Shown one piece after another: positions 37,089 through 45,501 of a stretch of 46,729 nt of DNA. The notes below the pieces were generated by a model. That model made no database searches. It had not been told where the DNA came from and was given only the letters and a program-made list of their open reading frames with translations. Numbering within the stretch: the first letter of the stretch is position 1; every line of letters begins with the position of its first letter. Origin of the DNA: a bacterium (lineage in GTDB: Bacteria > Desulfobacterota > DSWW01); the NCBI GenBank assembly GCA_040756235.1, contig JBFLZG010000003.1, forward strand, positions 1 through 46,729, read 5' to 3'. Both the position numbers and the translations under genes were made by a program.

Positions 37089-38639
37089 ATGAAGAGAGTT
37101 ATTTTCCTCTTCGTCGTCCTCATGACGATGCTGGTGCTACCAAGCCTCACCCTCGCAGCTGTGTGGTACGTGGACGCTGCCGCCCCGGGTGGGGGAGGGA
37201 CGAGTTGGGCGAGCGCCTTCAAGACGATCCAGCAGGCCGTAGACGCTGCGGGATCCGGGGATGAGATCTGGGTGAAGCGCGGAACGTACCTGCTCGGCGC
37301 AACGGTTACCGTCGGCAAAGCAATCTCCCTGTATGGCGGCTTCAACGGTAGCGAGACTTCGCTGGAGCAGAGGAACTGGACTCTCAACGTGACGCGCGTG
37401 GACGGGAACAACGCCGTCCGGTGTTTTCTCGTCACATCCGGAAACGTCACGGTGGACGGATTCACGATAACCAGAGGAAGAACCACAGGGGTCGACCGGG
37501 GAGGCGGTCTCTGCATGAACGTGACCGGCACGGCGGGCGTGTCGGTTGCGAACTGCATCTTCCTGGACAACCGCTCCGTGGACGATTCCGGAGGGGGAAT
37601 GTACGTCCAGCGGGGACACGCGGACCTCTCGGATTGCACATTCCGGGGGAACACGTCGGACAACCGAGGCGGCGCCGTCTACGTCTACTACACGGAATCG
37701 GTCTCCTTCGGCACCGCGGACATCACGCACTGCGACTTCGATCAGAACAGCTCCGGGAGCGGCGGCGCGCTCTTCTTCAAGGGGGGGACGGGAAGCGGTC
37801 CGAACTCGGTCGTCGGCTGCAGCTTCACCGCAAACCGGGCCTACTCGGACGCCGGCAGCAACGACGGCGCGGCCATCGTGTGCGATCCGACCACCACGAT
37901 CTCGGGGTGCAGCTTCGTCGGGAACACGGCCACGCGCTATGGGACGATCGCAACCTATGGGGACGCGGGCAACACGATCACGGTCGCCAGCTCCGTGTTC
38001 GCGGGCAACGAGGTGAGGTACGGCGGCGGCATCTGCATCAACGGGAGCATGGGGTTCCTGGGGTCGGTGATCGTCACAAACTGCACCTTTTCGGGGAACA
38101 CCGCCTCGAGTGGCGGGGGGGCGATTTACACCCTGAAAGCCTTGGGTGCGTCGAGCCAGTTCGCGATCACGAATAGCGTCCTCTGGGGCGACAGCGGGAA
38201 CGAGATCGCGGTGGGCGGGAGCGGAGGCTTGCCGACGGTCCGTTACAGCGACATGGACCAGGACGGATACGCCGGGAGCAACGGGAACATCCGGCAGGCC
38301 CCTCTGTTCGTTTCGGCGAGCGACCTGCACCTCACGAGCGCGTCGCCCTGCATCGATCGGGGCAGCAATTCCGCCCCATCGCTGCCTGCCCAGGATATCG
38401 ACGGCGAAGCCAGGATCCTGGACGGGGACGAGAACGGCACGGCCGTGGCCGACATGGGTGCCGACGAGCTCAATCCGGGATCCACGCCCCCGGCGTGGAC
38501 CGGTGCAACGGTTCTGCCTGCAGGAGAGCCTCGGAGCCGTGTCCGGGCTTCTCTGGCCGTGAACGCCCTCGGCATGCTGGTCGTGCCGCTTGTAATCGGC
38601 GTGCTCGTGACCTACAGAAGGATGGGGCGCGGATCCTGA
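37089..38639 (+). CDS. paralogous beta-helix surface protein with choice-of-anchor-Q-like region and C-terminal TM anchor
   Basis: Closely similar to the previous gene; LHL...SPCIDRG...DIDGEAR...DMGADE; TM segment plus basic tail. Confidence 0.8.
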   Translation: MKRVIFLFVVLMTMLVLPSLTLAAVWYVDAAAPGGGGTSWASAFKTIQQAVDAAGSGDEIWVKRGTYLLGATVTVGKAISLYGGFNGSETSLEQRNWTLNVTRVDGNNAVRCFLVTSGNVTVDGFTITRGRTTGVDRGGGLCMNVTGTAGVSVANCIFLDNRSVDDSGGGMYVQRGHADLSDCTFRGNTSDNRGGAVYVYYTESVSFGTADITHCDFDQNSSGSGGALFFKGGTGSGPNSVVGCSFTANRAYSDAGSNDGAAIVCDPTTTISGCSFVGNTATRYGTIATYGDAGNTITVASSVFAGNEVRYGGGICINGSMGFLGSVIVTNCTFSGNTASSGGGAIYTLKALGASSQFAITNSVLWGDSGNEIAVGGSGGLPTVRYSDMDQDGYAGSNGNIRQAPLFVSASDLHLTSASPCIDRGSNSAPSLPAQDIDGEARILDGDENGTAVADMGADELNPGSTPPAWTGATVLPAGEPRSRVRASLAVNALGMLVVPLVIGVLVTYRRMGRGS

Positions 38640-38652
38640 GGGGTGACCTCGA

Positions 38653-39495
38653 ATGTGCCGGAAACAGCTGCCGAGCTTTCCGATGGCAGGGCTGGTGCTC
38701 GCCCTGGGCGTGGCTGCATGCGGGTCGGGCTCCGGGGGCGCGAGTGGAGACGGTCCTGAAGGCGAAGGGGCGGCCCCCGGCTTCGAGTTCGTGCAGCTCT
38801 CCGATGTCCACGTCGGGAGGTCGCCACCGCAGGAGCAAGAGAACCTGCGGCGTGCCGTCGACCAGGTGAACGCAATGCTGCCTGCTTTTGTTCTGCTCAC
38901 GGGGGATCTCACGAACAACGGAGGGTTGGAGGAGTATGCCGTTCTGAAGGATATCCTGTCCGAGTTGACGGTGCCGTACTACTGTGTTCCGGGGGACAAC
39001 GACATCGTGGACGGCGAGGGAGATGTGGGTCGCTACCGCGAGCAACTGGGCGCGGAGTGCTATTCGTTCACCTATCGGGGTTACCGGATCATCGGGGTCG
39101 ACAACAACGCGGAGATTGCCCTCGACCAGGGGCAGCGTGAATGGTTTGAAAGGGAGTTGCAGATCGGTGGGGCGGAGATCGTCTTTGCCCACAAGGCGCT
39201 CCTGGATGGGAGCGCCGGCTTCGAGGCTCTCCCGACAGCGGGGCCTCTGCTCGAATTGTTGGACGCATACGGGGTCGTCGCCTTTCTGAGCGGCCACGAG
39301 CACGAGTCGGCAGAGGTCAGGTGGGGCGACACTCAGCATGTCTGGTGCGACAATCTCAGTTTCTTTCACACGGGGATCGAGACCTACAATCTGTTTCAGG
39401 TCGACGCGGGCGAAGTCCGTCTCTCCCACGTTCACTGGGACGGCTCGCGGGAGCTCGTCGTGTCTTTTCCGGCAGGCGGCGACAGCCGCCCTTGA
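38653..39495 (+). CDS. lipoprotein metallophosphoesterase (Icc/CpdA-like)
   Basis: VAAC lipobox; SDVHVG, TGDL, PGDND, AHK and SGHEH motifs. Confidence 0.82.
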   Translation: MCRKQLPSFPMAGLVLALGVAACGSGSGGASGDGPEGEGAAPGFEFVQLSDVHVGRSPPQEQENLRRAVDQVNAMLPAFVLLTGDLTNNGGLEEYAVLKDILSELTVPYYCVPGDNDIVDGEGDVGRYREQLGAECYSFTYRGYRIIGVDNNAEIALDQGQREWFERELQIGGAEIVFAHKALLDGSAGFEALPTAGPLLELLDAYGVVAFLSGHEHESAEVRWGDTQHVWCDNLSFFHTGIETYNLFQVDAGEVRLSHVHWDGSRELVVSFPAGGDSRP

Positions 39496-39547
39496 GGCTC
39501 CGGCGTTCAGCAGGGGCGGGCGGTTGCGCCTGCAGCGGGTGACGCAT

Positions 39548-39576
39548 TTGACAGGAGCCCCGTGCGTACGTATACT
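39548..39576 (+). promoter_or_regulatory. sigma70 promoter TTGACA-17-TATACT
   Basis: Near-consensus; lies directly upstream of riboswitch #7. Confidence 0.75.
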
Positions 39577-39586
39577 GCCGCGCGGT

Positions 39587-39689
39587 TTCTCCGATCCATT
39601 TCCTCTACCGGAGCTCGAGTCTCCCACCTGAGGGATGGACATACGGTATAGCTGGAAACGGCTCTACCCCCCGTGCTCGGAAAGGAGAA
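39587..39689 (+). promoter_or_regulatory. Moco/Wco riboswitch-like RNA #7 (no P3)
   Basis: TTCTCCGATCCAT...ATGGACATACGGTATAGCTGGAAACGGCTCTACCCCCCGTGCTCGGAAAGGAGAA. Confidence 0.82.
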
Positions 39690-39740
39690 GCGCTGGGAAT
39701 CCGGCCCCCCCTTGTTCAGAAATTGGGGCCGGTCGCCAAC

Positions 39741-39771
39741 AAGGCTTCCCTTCGCCGGGAAGCCTTTTTTT
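39741..39771 (+). terminator. intrinsic terminator downstream of riboswitch #7
   Basis: AAGGCTTCCC/GGGAAGCCTT stem plus T-run. Confidence 0.75.
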
Positions 39772-40021
39772 GTCTTCCCGCCGCTTGCACTCCCTTGGGA
39801 GCGCCGTCCCGTCGGCTCCTCCGCGCGCACGGAAGCAGCCTTATCCGATGTTGATTCCGGTAGTCTGTGCACATTGTCATTCCGGACCTTGAAGTCGGGG
39901 GGATCGGCCTCCCCCTTCGCGTCCCAATCCTCTTCCTCTCTTGCCCAGGGGAGGAGGATTGGGCCTTTCTTAAGAATGGCGTAAGCACTTCCGTCGTCTA
40001 CTTCAGACAAAGGAGGAGAAG

Positions 40022-42436
40022 ATGAACCGGCTGGGTCGATCACGGGGCCTCGGGGTCATCGGGTGGTTCGCGCTGGCGGCGGCGGTTCTGGCGTGGGGTT
40101 GCTCCGACAAGGATGACTACAACCCTCCTCCGGTGCCGCCGGACATTACCCTTGCGGCGTCCTTCAACCAGGTGCCGACCGACCTGAGCGAGTGGCAGAC
40201 GGCTCAAGTCTCGGTCGTGGACGCGGACGGGACCTCCGGCACGCGCTGGGCCCTGCGGGTCTCGGACTGGGTGGATCAAATCGTCGGCAGCCAGGAGGCG
40301 TCGGGCTACCTCTACGACTTCGTCGACGGCGCTGACGACACGCTGCTCGAGTGCCTGGGCGGGGATGCGGGTCAGCTCCCCGGGTATGAAGACCTGCAGC
40401 ACGCCTTCTTCATCGACGACAGCGCGAACGACCGGGGGCTGCGCCTGGTCTGGGACGAACAGAAGCCGGGGTGCTTCTATCCCGACAACCTGGAGGCGGG
40501 CTCGGTGGTGAGCCGCCCGGACTGGACCGTCCTGGACAAGACGGCATGCTCCTACGTCATGGAGACGAACACCCCGGTGCCGGTCCACGAGGGCGAGACC
40601 GTGTACGTGGAAGGGATCGCCACGATGGGCACCGACGTCATGGTCTCGGGGCGCTACTTCAAGCTCCATATCCAGGACGAGACTGGCGGGATCTACGTGT
40701 TCGCCGACACCCAGGCGACCGTGGCAGACCAGGGCTATGACGGCTCGACCTTCTCGAGTATCAACATCTACCCCGGGGATCGGGTCGCCTTGAAGGGGAC
40801 GATCGGCTCCCACGACGGCATGGTCGAGTTCTATCCGGTGTCCGGGTACAACGTGTCGGTGCTGTCGCGCGGGGAGACGGTGCCCGATCCGTACCTCTTC
40901 GCTTCCGTGGACGCGATCTACGGAGACGGATACGCGCATGTCGGAGACCTGGTGCGGGTCAACGGTGTTGCGATTGAGGCCGTCGACCCGGCCTCGGCCT
41001 GGCCCCTCTACGGCCAGAAGTCGAGCGATCTGTTCGCCAAGACGGGACCGGACGTAAACGCCCTCGAAGTCGCCTTCTATCCCGGTTCCGGCATCCCGGG
41101 ATCCACGGTGCCGGCCGGCCCCTTTGACCTCATCGGTGTTCTGCACCGCGAGGAGACGGACCAGGGGGCGGTCACGTGCATCCTCTACCCGAGGGGCCTG
41201 ACGGACATCAACCCTCTGGCCCCCCCTGCCATCACGGGCATCCAGCTGTCGGTCTACAAGGCCGGCGATCCGGAGCATGCGGTGACCGTTTCGCTGGGCG
41301 ACTTCCAGCAGTCCCTCTACGATCGCGGCGAGGGAGCCGAGCCGGTCGTCACCCTCGACTCCCTGATCGTGCCCCAGGTGGCGCGTGACCCCAAGGACTG
41401 GGCCTACAAGATCATTGCCCGAGACGGAAGACAGCCGTTCGATTCGCTCCAGTTCAACCAGCTCAAGAGCGGTATGCTCTACCTGGACGGAGAGGTGGTG
41501 AACAGCGACTTCTATGCCGGCATGGAGCTCTCTCAGATTTACTACCTGAACGACGTGGCCGAGATCGTGCTGTATCCGATCGAGGACAGCGGAGCGCCCG
41601 AGCCCGGGGAGGCCGTCCACGGCCAGGGCGTGAACCTGGCCGTCAACGGGCTGAATTATCCCGTCAACTTCGAGGACCTGCCGGACCCGGATGCCGAGCA
41701 CAAGATCGCCCTGAGCGAGTTCGTCCCCAACCGCATCATGAGCGTTTACACGATGGACGGATCGTTCTCCCCTGAGCAGATCCGGGTCCTCTATGACTAC
41801 CGGCTGGTGTCCTCCGACGGCGCCCAGGAGTGCACGATCACGTGGGACGTGCTGCAGACCGGACAGGCCGACATGACGAGCGGGCTTCCTGCCGTGACCG
41901 GGATCGAAGGCTGCACCGTTGCGGATCTCTTCACCATCGAGATGATCCGCAAGATCATCGTGGACGACGGCGTTCAGGAACAGACCTTCTACTGGAAGGA
42001 CCTCCCGATCGTACCCAGAGATCTCGGCGACGGGACGATCGAGGAGGTGGTCTTTTTCGACGACGTGCTGGACGCCGCCGGCATCACGGACAAGACGCTC
42101 TACGACTACAACGTGTGGGCATCCGACGACTTCGGTACTTACTTCCCCTACGGGCACCATCACCTCGAAGACATGTTCTTCAACGCCTTGACCAATCAGG
42201 GCTTCATCACGGATGCGAATCCGGGGATGTCCGACTACGGCGGACGTTACTCGACCAAGGCGATCCTCAGGATCGAGCTGAGGCCGGTCCCGCAATCCGC
42301 ACCGTCTCTTTTCGTGGACGACGGGTTGGGTACCGGCTGGCTGTCCGACCCCAACAGCTCGGCCACCTGCAACGGGTGCCACGTCAAGAAAGGGGTGCTG
42401 GAGATTGCCGTGAACTGCGCGGACTGCCATTCCTGA
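40022..42436 (+). CDS. lipoprotein with OB-fold pair, repeated ~100-aa modules and two C-terminal CxxCH heme motifs
   Basis: ATG follows AAGGAGGAG; AWGC lipobox; IQDETGGIYVF...PGDRV.LKG OB-fold; CNGCH and CADCH. Confidence 0.8.
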   Translation: MNRLGRSRGLGVIGWFALAAAVLAWGCSDKDDYNPPPVPPDITLAASFNQVPTDLSEWQTAQVSVVDADGTSGTRWALRVSDWVDQIVGSQEASGYLYDFVDGADDTLLECLGGDAGQLPGYEDLQHAFFIDDSANDRGLRLVWDEQKPGCFYPDNLEAGSVVSRPDWTVLDKTACSYVMETNTPVPVHEGETVYVEGIATMGTDVMVSGRYFKLHIQDETGGIYVFADTQATVADQGYDGSTFSSINIYPGDRVALKGTIGSHDGMVEFYPVSGYNVSVLSRGETVPDPYLFASVDAIYGDGYAHVGDLVRVNGVAIEAVDPASAWPLYGQKSSDLFAKTGPDVNALEVAFYPGSGIPGSTVPAGPFDLIGVLHREETDQGAVTCILYPRGLTDINPLAPPAITGIQLSVYKAGDPEHAVTVSLGDFQQSLYDRGEGAEPVVTLDSLIVPQVARDPKDWAYKIIARDGRQPFDSLQFNQLKSGMLYLDGEVVNSDFYAGMELSQIYYLNDVAEIVLYPIEDSGAPEPGEAVHGQGVNLAVNGLNYPVNFEDLPDPDAEHKIALSEFVPNRIMSVYTMDGSFSPEQIRVLYDYRLVSSDGAQECTITWDVLQTGQADMTSGLPAVTGIEGCTVADLFTIEMIRKIIVDDGVQEQTFYWKDLPIVPRDLGDGTIEEVVFFDDVLDAAGITDKTLYDYNVWASDDFGTYFPYGHHHLEDMFFNALTNQGFITDANPGMSDYGGRYSTKAILRIELRPVPQSAPSLFVDDGLGTGWLSDPNSSATCNGCHVKKGVLEIAVNCADCHS

Positions 42437-42491
42437 CCAAATCCGCACAATGCGTCACGCCAGCTCTCGAGAGCGTGTGGATTCTTTCATT

Positions 42492-42592
42492 CCTTCTCCC
42501 CTCGGCGAGGGGAGAAGGTGAGGATGAGGGGTGAATCTGCTCCTGTTTCCCCCTCACCCTGGCCCTCTCCCCCGTGCACGGGGGAGAGGGGA
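42492..42592. repeat. pair of inverted BoxC/REP-like palindromic units (CCCTCACCC...CCCTCTCCC-N-GGGAGAGGG type)
   Basis: CCTTCTCCCCTCG/CGAGGGGAGAAGG...GATGAGGGG followed by CCCCTCACCCTGGCCCTCTCCCCCG...CGGGGGAGAGGG. Confidence 0.7.
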
Positions 42593-42652
42593 TCGGGGAT
42601 TCACTTTTCGACACCCTCCAAGGGAGGGTCCCGCCGACGAAGGTGTTTCCGG

Positions 42653-43774
42653 ATGACGGCTGCATGCGAAGGCTACCTCAGGACCGTCCATCTGAGCCGC
42701 ACCTTCGAGGACAAGGTGGCCGTCGATGATCTCACCCTCGACCTGCGCAGAGGGGAGCTGTTCGTCCTGCTGGGCCCTTCCGGGTGCGGCAAGACCACGA
42801 TGCTCAGGCTTCTGGCCGGCCTGGAATCGCCGAGCAAGGGGGAGGTCTTTCTCGACGGCCGGCCTCTGAACGGAGTGCCGCCCGGGCGCCGCAACGTCGC
42901 CATGGTGTTCCAGGATCATGCGCTCTACCCGCACATGCGGGTTGCCGACAACCTCGGATTCGGCCTGCGGATGCAGCGGCTCAAGAAGGAGGAGATCCGG
43001 AAGCGGGTGGCGGAGGTGGCCGGAATCATCGGGCTAGAAGATAGGCTGGGGGCCTGGCCCCATCAGCTCTCCGGCGGAGAGGCGCAGCGGGTGGCCCTGG
43101 GCAAGGCCCTGATCCGGCGGCCCGACGTGCTCCTGCTGGACGAGCCGCTGAGCAACCTGGACGCGCCGCTCAGGCGGAGGCTCCGGGAGGAGATCCTCAG
43201 GCTCCAGCGGAAGTCAGCGATCACCACGGTCTACGTCACGCACGACCAGGAAGAGGGCATGGCCCTGGGCGACCGGATGGGCATCCTGCAGGGAGGGCGG
43301 CTGCTGCAGGTCGGGACGCCCAGAGCGGTCTACGAGAATCCGGGCTGCGTCTTTGCCGCCGAGTTCCTCGGGTCCCCCTCCATCAACCTGATTCCGGCGG
43401 AGCTCCTCCTGGGGCGGGACCGGCTCCGCTGGCCGATGGGGGCCGAGACCCAATTCATAGAGCGTATTCCACGGGATGCCTCGGGCAGTGTGTGGATCGG
43501 GATACGACCCGAGGACGTGCTGGTCTCGATGCGCTCGAAGTCGCCTCCGGAATATGTGGGTCGGATCGAATTCATCCAGGACATGGGCTTCGAGAGCCAC
43601 CTCGTCGTGAGCTGCGGAGGGCTGTCCCTGAGGGCCCGTTGCGCGCACCTTCCTGAGGGCATGCGGGAGGGCGTGCCTGCTTACCTGAAGCTGCGAGCGG
43701 AAAGGATGCTGCTCTTTCGAAGGGATACCGGGGAGCGCGTGCTCGCGGACGCGGGGGAGACGGATGCAGGGTAG
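42653..43774 (+). CDS. ABC transporter ATP-binding protein (MalK/UgpC-like)
   Basis: GPSGCGKTT, LSGGE.QRV, LLDEPLSNLD and YVTHDQEE motifs; TOBE-like tail. Start set at ATG 42653. Confidence 0.92.
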   Translation: MTAACEGYLRTVHLSRTFEDKVAVDDLTLDLRRGELFVLLGPSGCGKTTMLRLLAGLESPSKGEVFLDGRPLNGVPPGRRNVAMVFQDHALYPHMRVADNLGFGLRMQRLKKEEIRKRVAEVAGIIGLEDRLGAWPHQLSGGEAQRVALGKALIRRPDVLLLDEPLSNLDAPLRRRLREEILRLQRKSAITTVYVTHDQEEGMALGDRMGILQGGRLLQVGTPRAVYENPGCVFAAEFLGSPSINLIPAELLLGRDRLRWPMGAETQFIERIPRDASGSVWIGIRPEDVLVSMRSKSPPEYVGRIEFIQDMGFESHLVVSCGGLSLRARCAHLPEGMREGVPAYLKLRAERMLLFRRDTGERVLADAGETDAG

Positions 43775-44690
43775 AGCTCGCGCCTCTGGCGAGAGGGTGG
43801 CAGATGAGAGCCGTGGGGTCGTGCCGTACCTCTGGATTCTTCCGGGCCTCGGCTATCTGTTCTTCTTTTGGGGGTATCCGGCTCTTTATGCCGTCTGGCT
43901 GAGCCTGACGGAGACCAACCTCGGTTCGGAACAGTCGCGGTTCGTGGGCCTGGCGAACTTCGGCCGGATACTGCTGGACCCCCTGTTCTGGATCTCCCTG
44001 AAGAACAGCGGCGTTCTCGCGGCTGCCTCGGTCGTGCTCGAGGTGTCGTTGGGGCTGGGAGTTGCCGTGCACCTGCACGGGTCGGGCGGCAAGAGGCAGG
44101 CCGTTGTCATGGCCGTCCTGCTGCTGCCATGGCTCTTCTCCGAGGTGGTCTCGGCCCTGACGTGGCGGTGGATGTTCCACGAGCCTCTCGGCATGCTGAA
44201 TGTCTTCCTGCGGCACGTCGGGCTCCAGGGGGTTCCCTGGATGAGTCGGCCGGCAACCGCCATGGCCACCGTGGTGATCGTTTCCCTTTGGCAGGGGATC
44301 GGGATCTCGACCATGGTGGTCCTGGCCGCCCTCAAGGGGATTCCGGGCAGGCTCACGGACCTTGCGCTGCTGGACGGTGCGGAGGGCTGGAGCAGGCTCC
44401 GGCACGTCCTCCTGCCGCAGCTCAAAGGCGTGCTGATGCTGGACGGGCTGCTCGTCGCCATCAAGTCCCTCGGTGCATTCACGCTGGTCTTTGCCTTGAC
44501 GGGAGGGGGGCCGGGCTACGCCACCGAGATCCTGGCTACCTACATCTACAGGCTGTCTTTCTATCGAGACCAACTGGGATATGCGTCTGCCGTGGGCGTA
44601 TGCCTGGCCTGCCTCTTCCTCGCGTTCACGTGGCTGCTCTTCCTGTTGCCTCGCGGGGACCCTGGGCGTTTCTTGGAGAGGACGAGATGA
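43764..44690 (+). CDS. CUT1 ABC permease (MalF/UgpA-like)
   Basis: FVGLANF; EAA-like LALLDGA..W; T.GGPG.AT; multiple TM segments. Confidence 0.9.
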   Translation: MQGRARASGERVADESRGVVPYLWILPGLGYLFFFWGYPALYAVWLSLTETNLGSEQSRFVGLANFGRILLDPLFWISLKNSGVLAAASVVLEVSLGLGVAVHLHGSGGKRQAVVMAVLLLPWLFSEVVSALTWRWMFHEPLGMLNVFLRHVGLQGVPWMSRPATAMATVVIVSLWQGIGISTMVVLAALKGIPGRLTDLALLDGAEGWSRLRHVLLPQLKGVLMLDGLLVAIKSLGAFTLVFALTGGGPGYATEILATYIYRLSFYRDQLGYASAVGVCLACLFLAFTWLLFLLPRGDPGRFLERTR

Positions 44691-45490
44691 GACGGATCCC
44701 CGGCACGGTCCTGGTGCTGGCTCTGGCGTTCTTCTGCCTGGGCCCGATCCTCTGGGTCGTCTGGGCTTCCCTGAGGCCGGAGCAGGACATCCTGCGCCTG
44801 CCGGGACGGCTCTGGGCCGGTCCTTTCATCGCCGACCACTACCGGAGCGTCCTTTCCGATCCGAGGGTCCATCGGTACCTGGGGAACAGCGTGCTAGTGG
44901 CTGTGGGCTCGTCCCTGCTGGCGACTCTGCTCGGCGCCATGGCCGCCTTCGGGATTGGCCGGTACCGCTTCCGAGGCCGCTCGTTTCTGTTGGGGCTCGT
45001 GCTGACCATCCATCTCCTTCCGAGTCTGGTGAGTATGGGGGCTCTGTACCGACTGGTGTCTTCTCTTGACCTCCTCAACTCTCTGGCAGGGCTCGTGCTG
45101 GTGAAGGGAGCGGGCCTGAGCCTCGCTGTCTGGCTCCTCAAGGGGTACTTCGAGTCGCTCCCCAGGGAGTACGAGGAGATGGCACGGGTGGAAGGGGCCG
45201 GCAGCCTGAGGATCTTTTTCGGCATCGTGCTGCCGCTGCGCATCAAGGGAGTCCTGGTCGCCTGGCTCTTCCTGTTCGCCCAGTCGTGGAAGAGCTTCTT
45301 CCTGCCCCTGCTGCTGATCACGGACGTGAGAAAGATGCCCCTTCCTCTGGGTCTCTTCCAGTACGCGGGCGAGCACGGCTTCGAAGTGGGAAGGATCTGC
45401 GCGCTCTCGGTCGTCTCTCTGCTGCCGATTCTGCTGCTGCTGGGTGCCCTGAACAGGATGGGGTGGCAGAGCCTGCGGCCAAGCGGGTGA
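44687..45490 (+). CDS. CUT1 ABC permease (MalG/UgpE-like)
   Basis: ATGA overlap; YLGNS, RYRFRGR and LPREYEEMARVEGA (EAA loop). Confidence 0.9.
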   Translation: MRRIPGTVLVLALAFFCLGPILWVVWASLRPEQDILRLPGRLWAGPFIADHYRSVLSDPRVHRYLGNSVLVAVGSSLLATLLGAMAAFGIGRYRFRGRSFLLGLVLTIHLLPSLVSMGALYRLVSSLDLLNSLAGLVLVKGAGLSLAVWLLKGYFESLPREYEEMARVEGAGSLRIFFGIVLPLRIKGVLVAWLFLFAQSWKSFFLPLLLITDVRKMPLPLGLFQYAGEHGFEVGRICALSVVSLLPILLLLGALNRMGWQSLRPSG

Positions 45491-45501
45491 GGTGGACGGA
45501 C

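Noticed and set aside
10884..39689. Dispersed ~100-nt repeats as MITEs or CRISPR repeats
   Set aside because: No target duplications, spacers, cas genes or transposase. They are always 5' of genes in sense orientation, with conserved aptamer-like structure.
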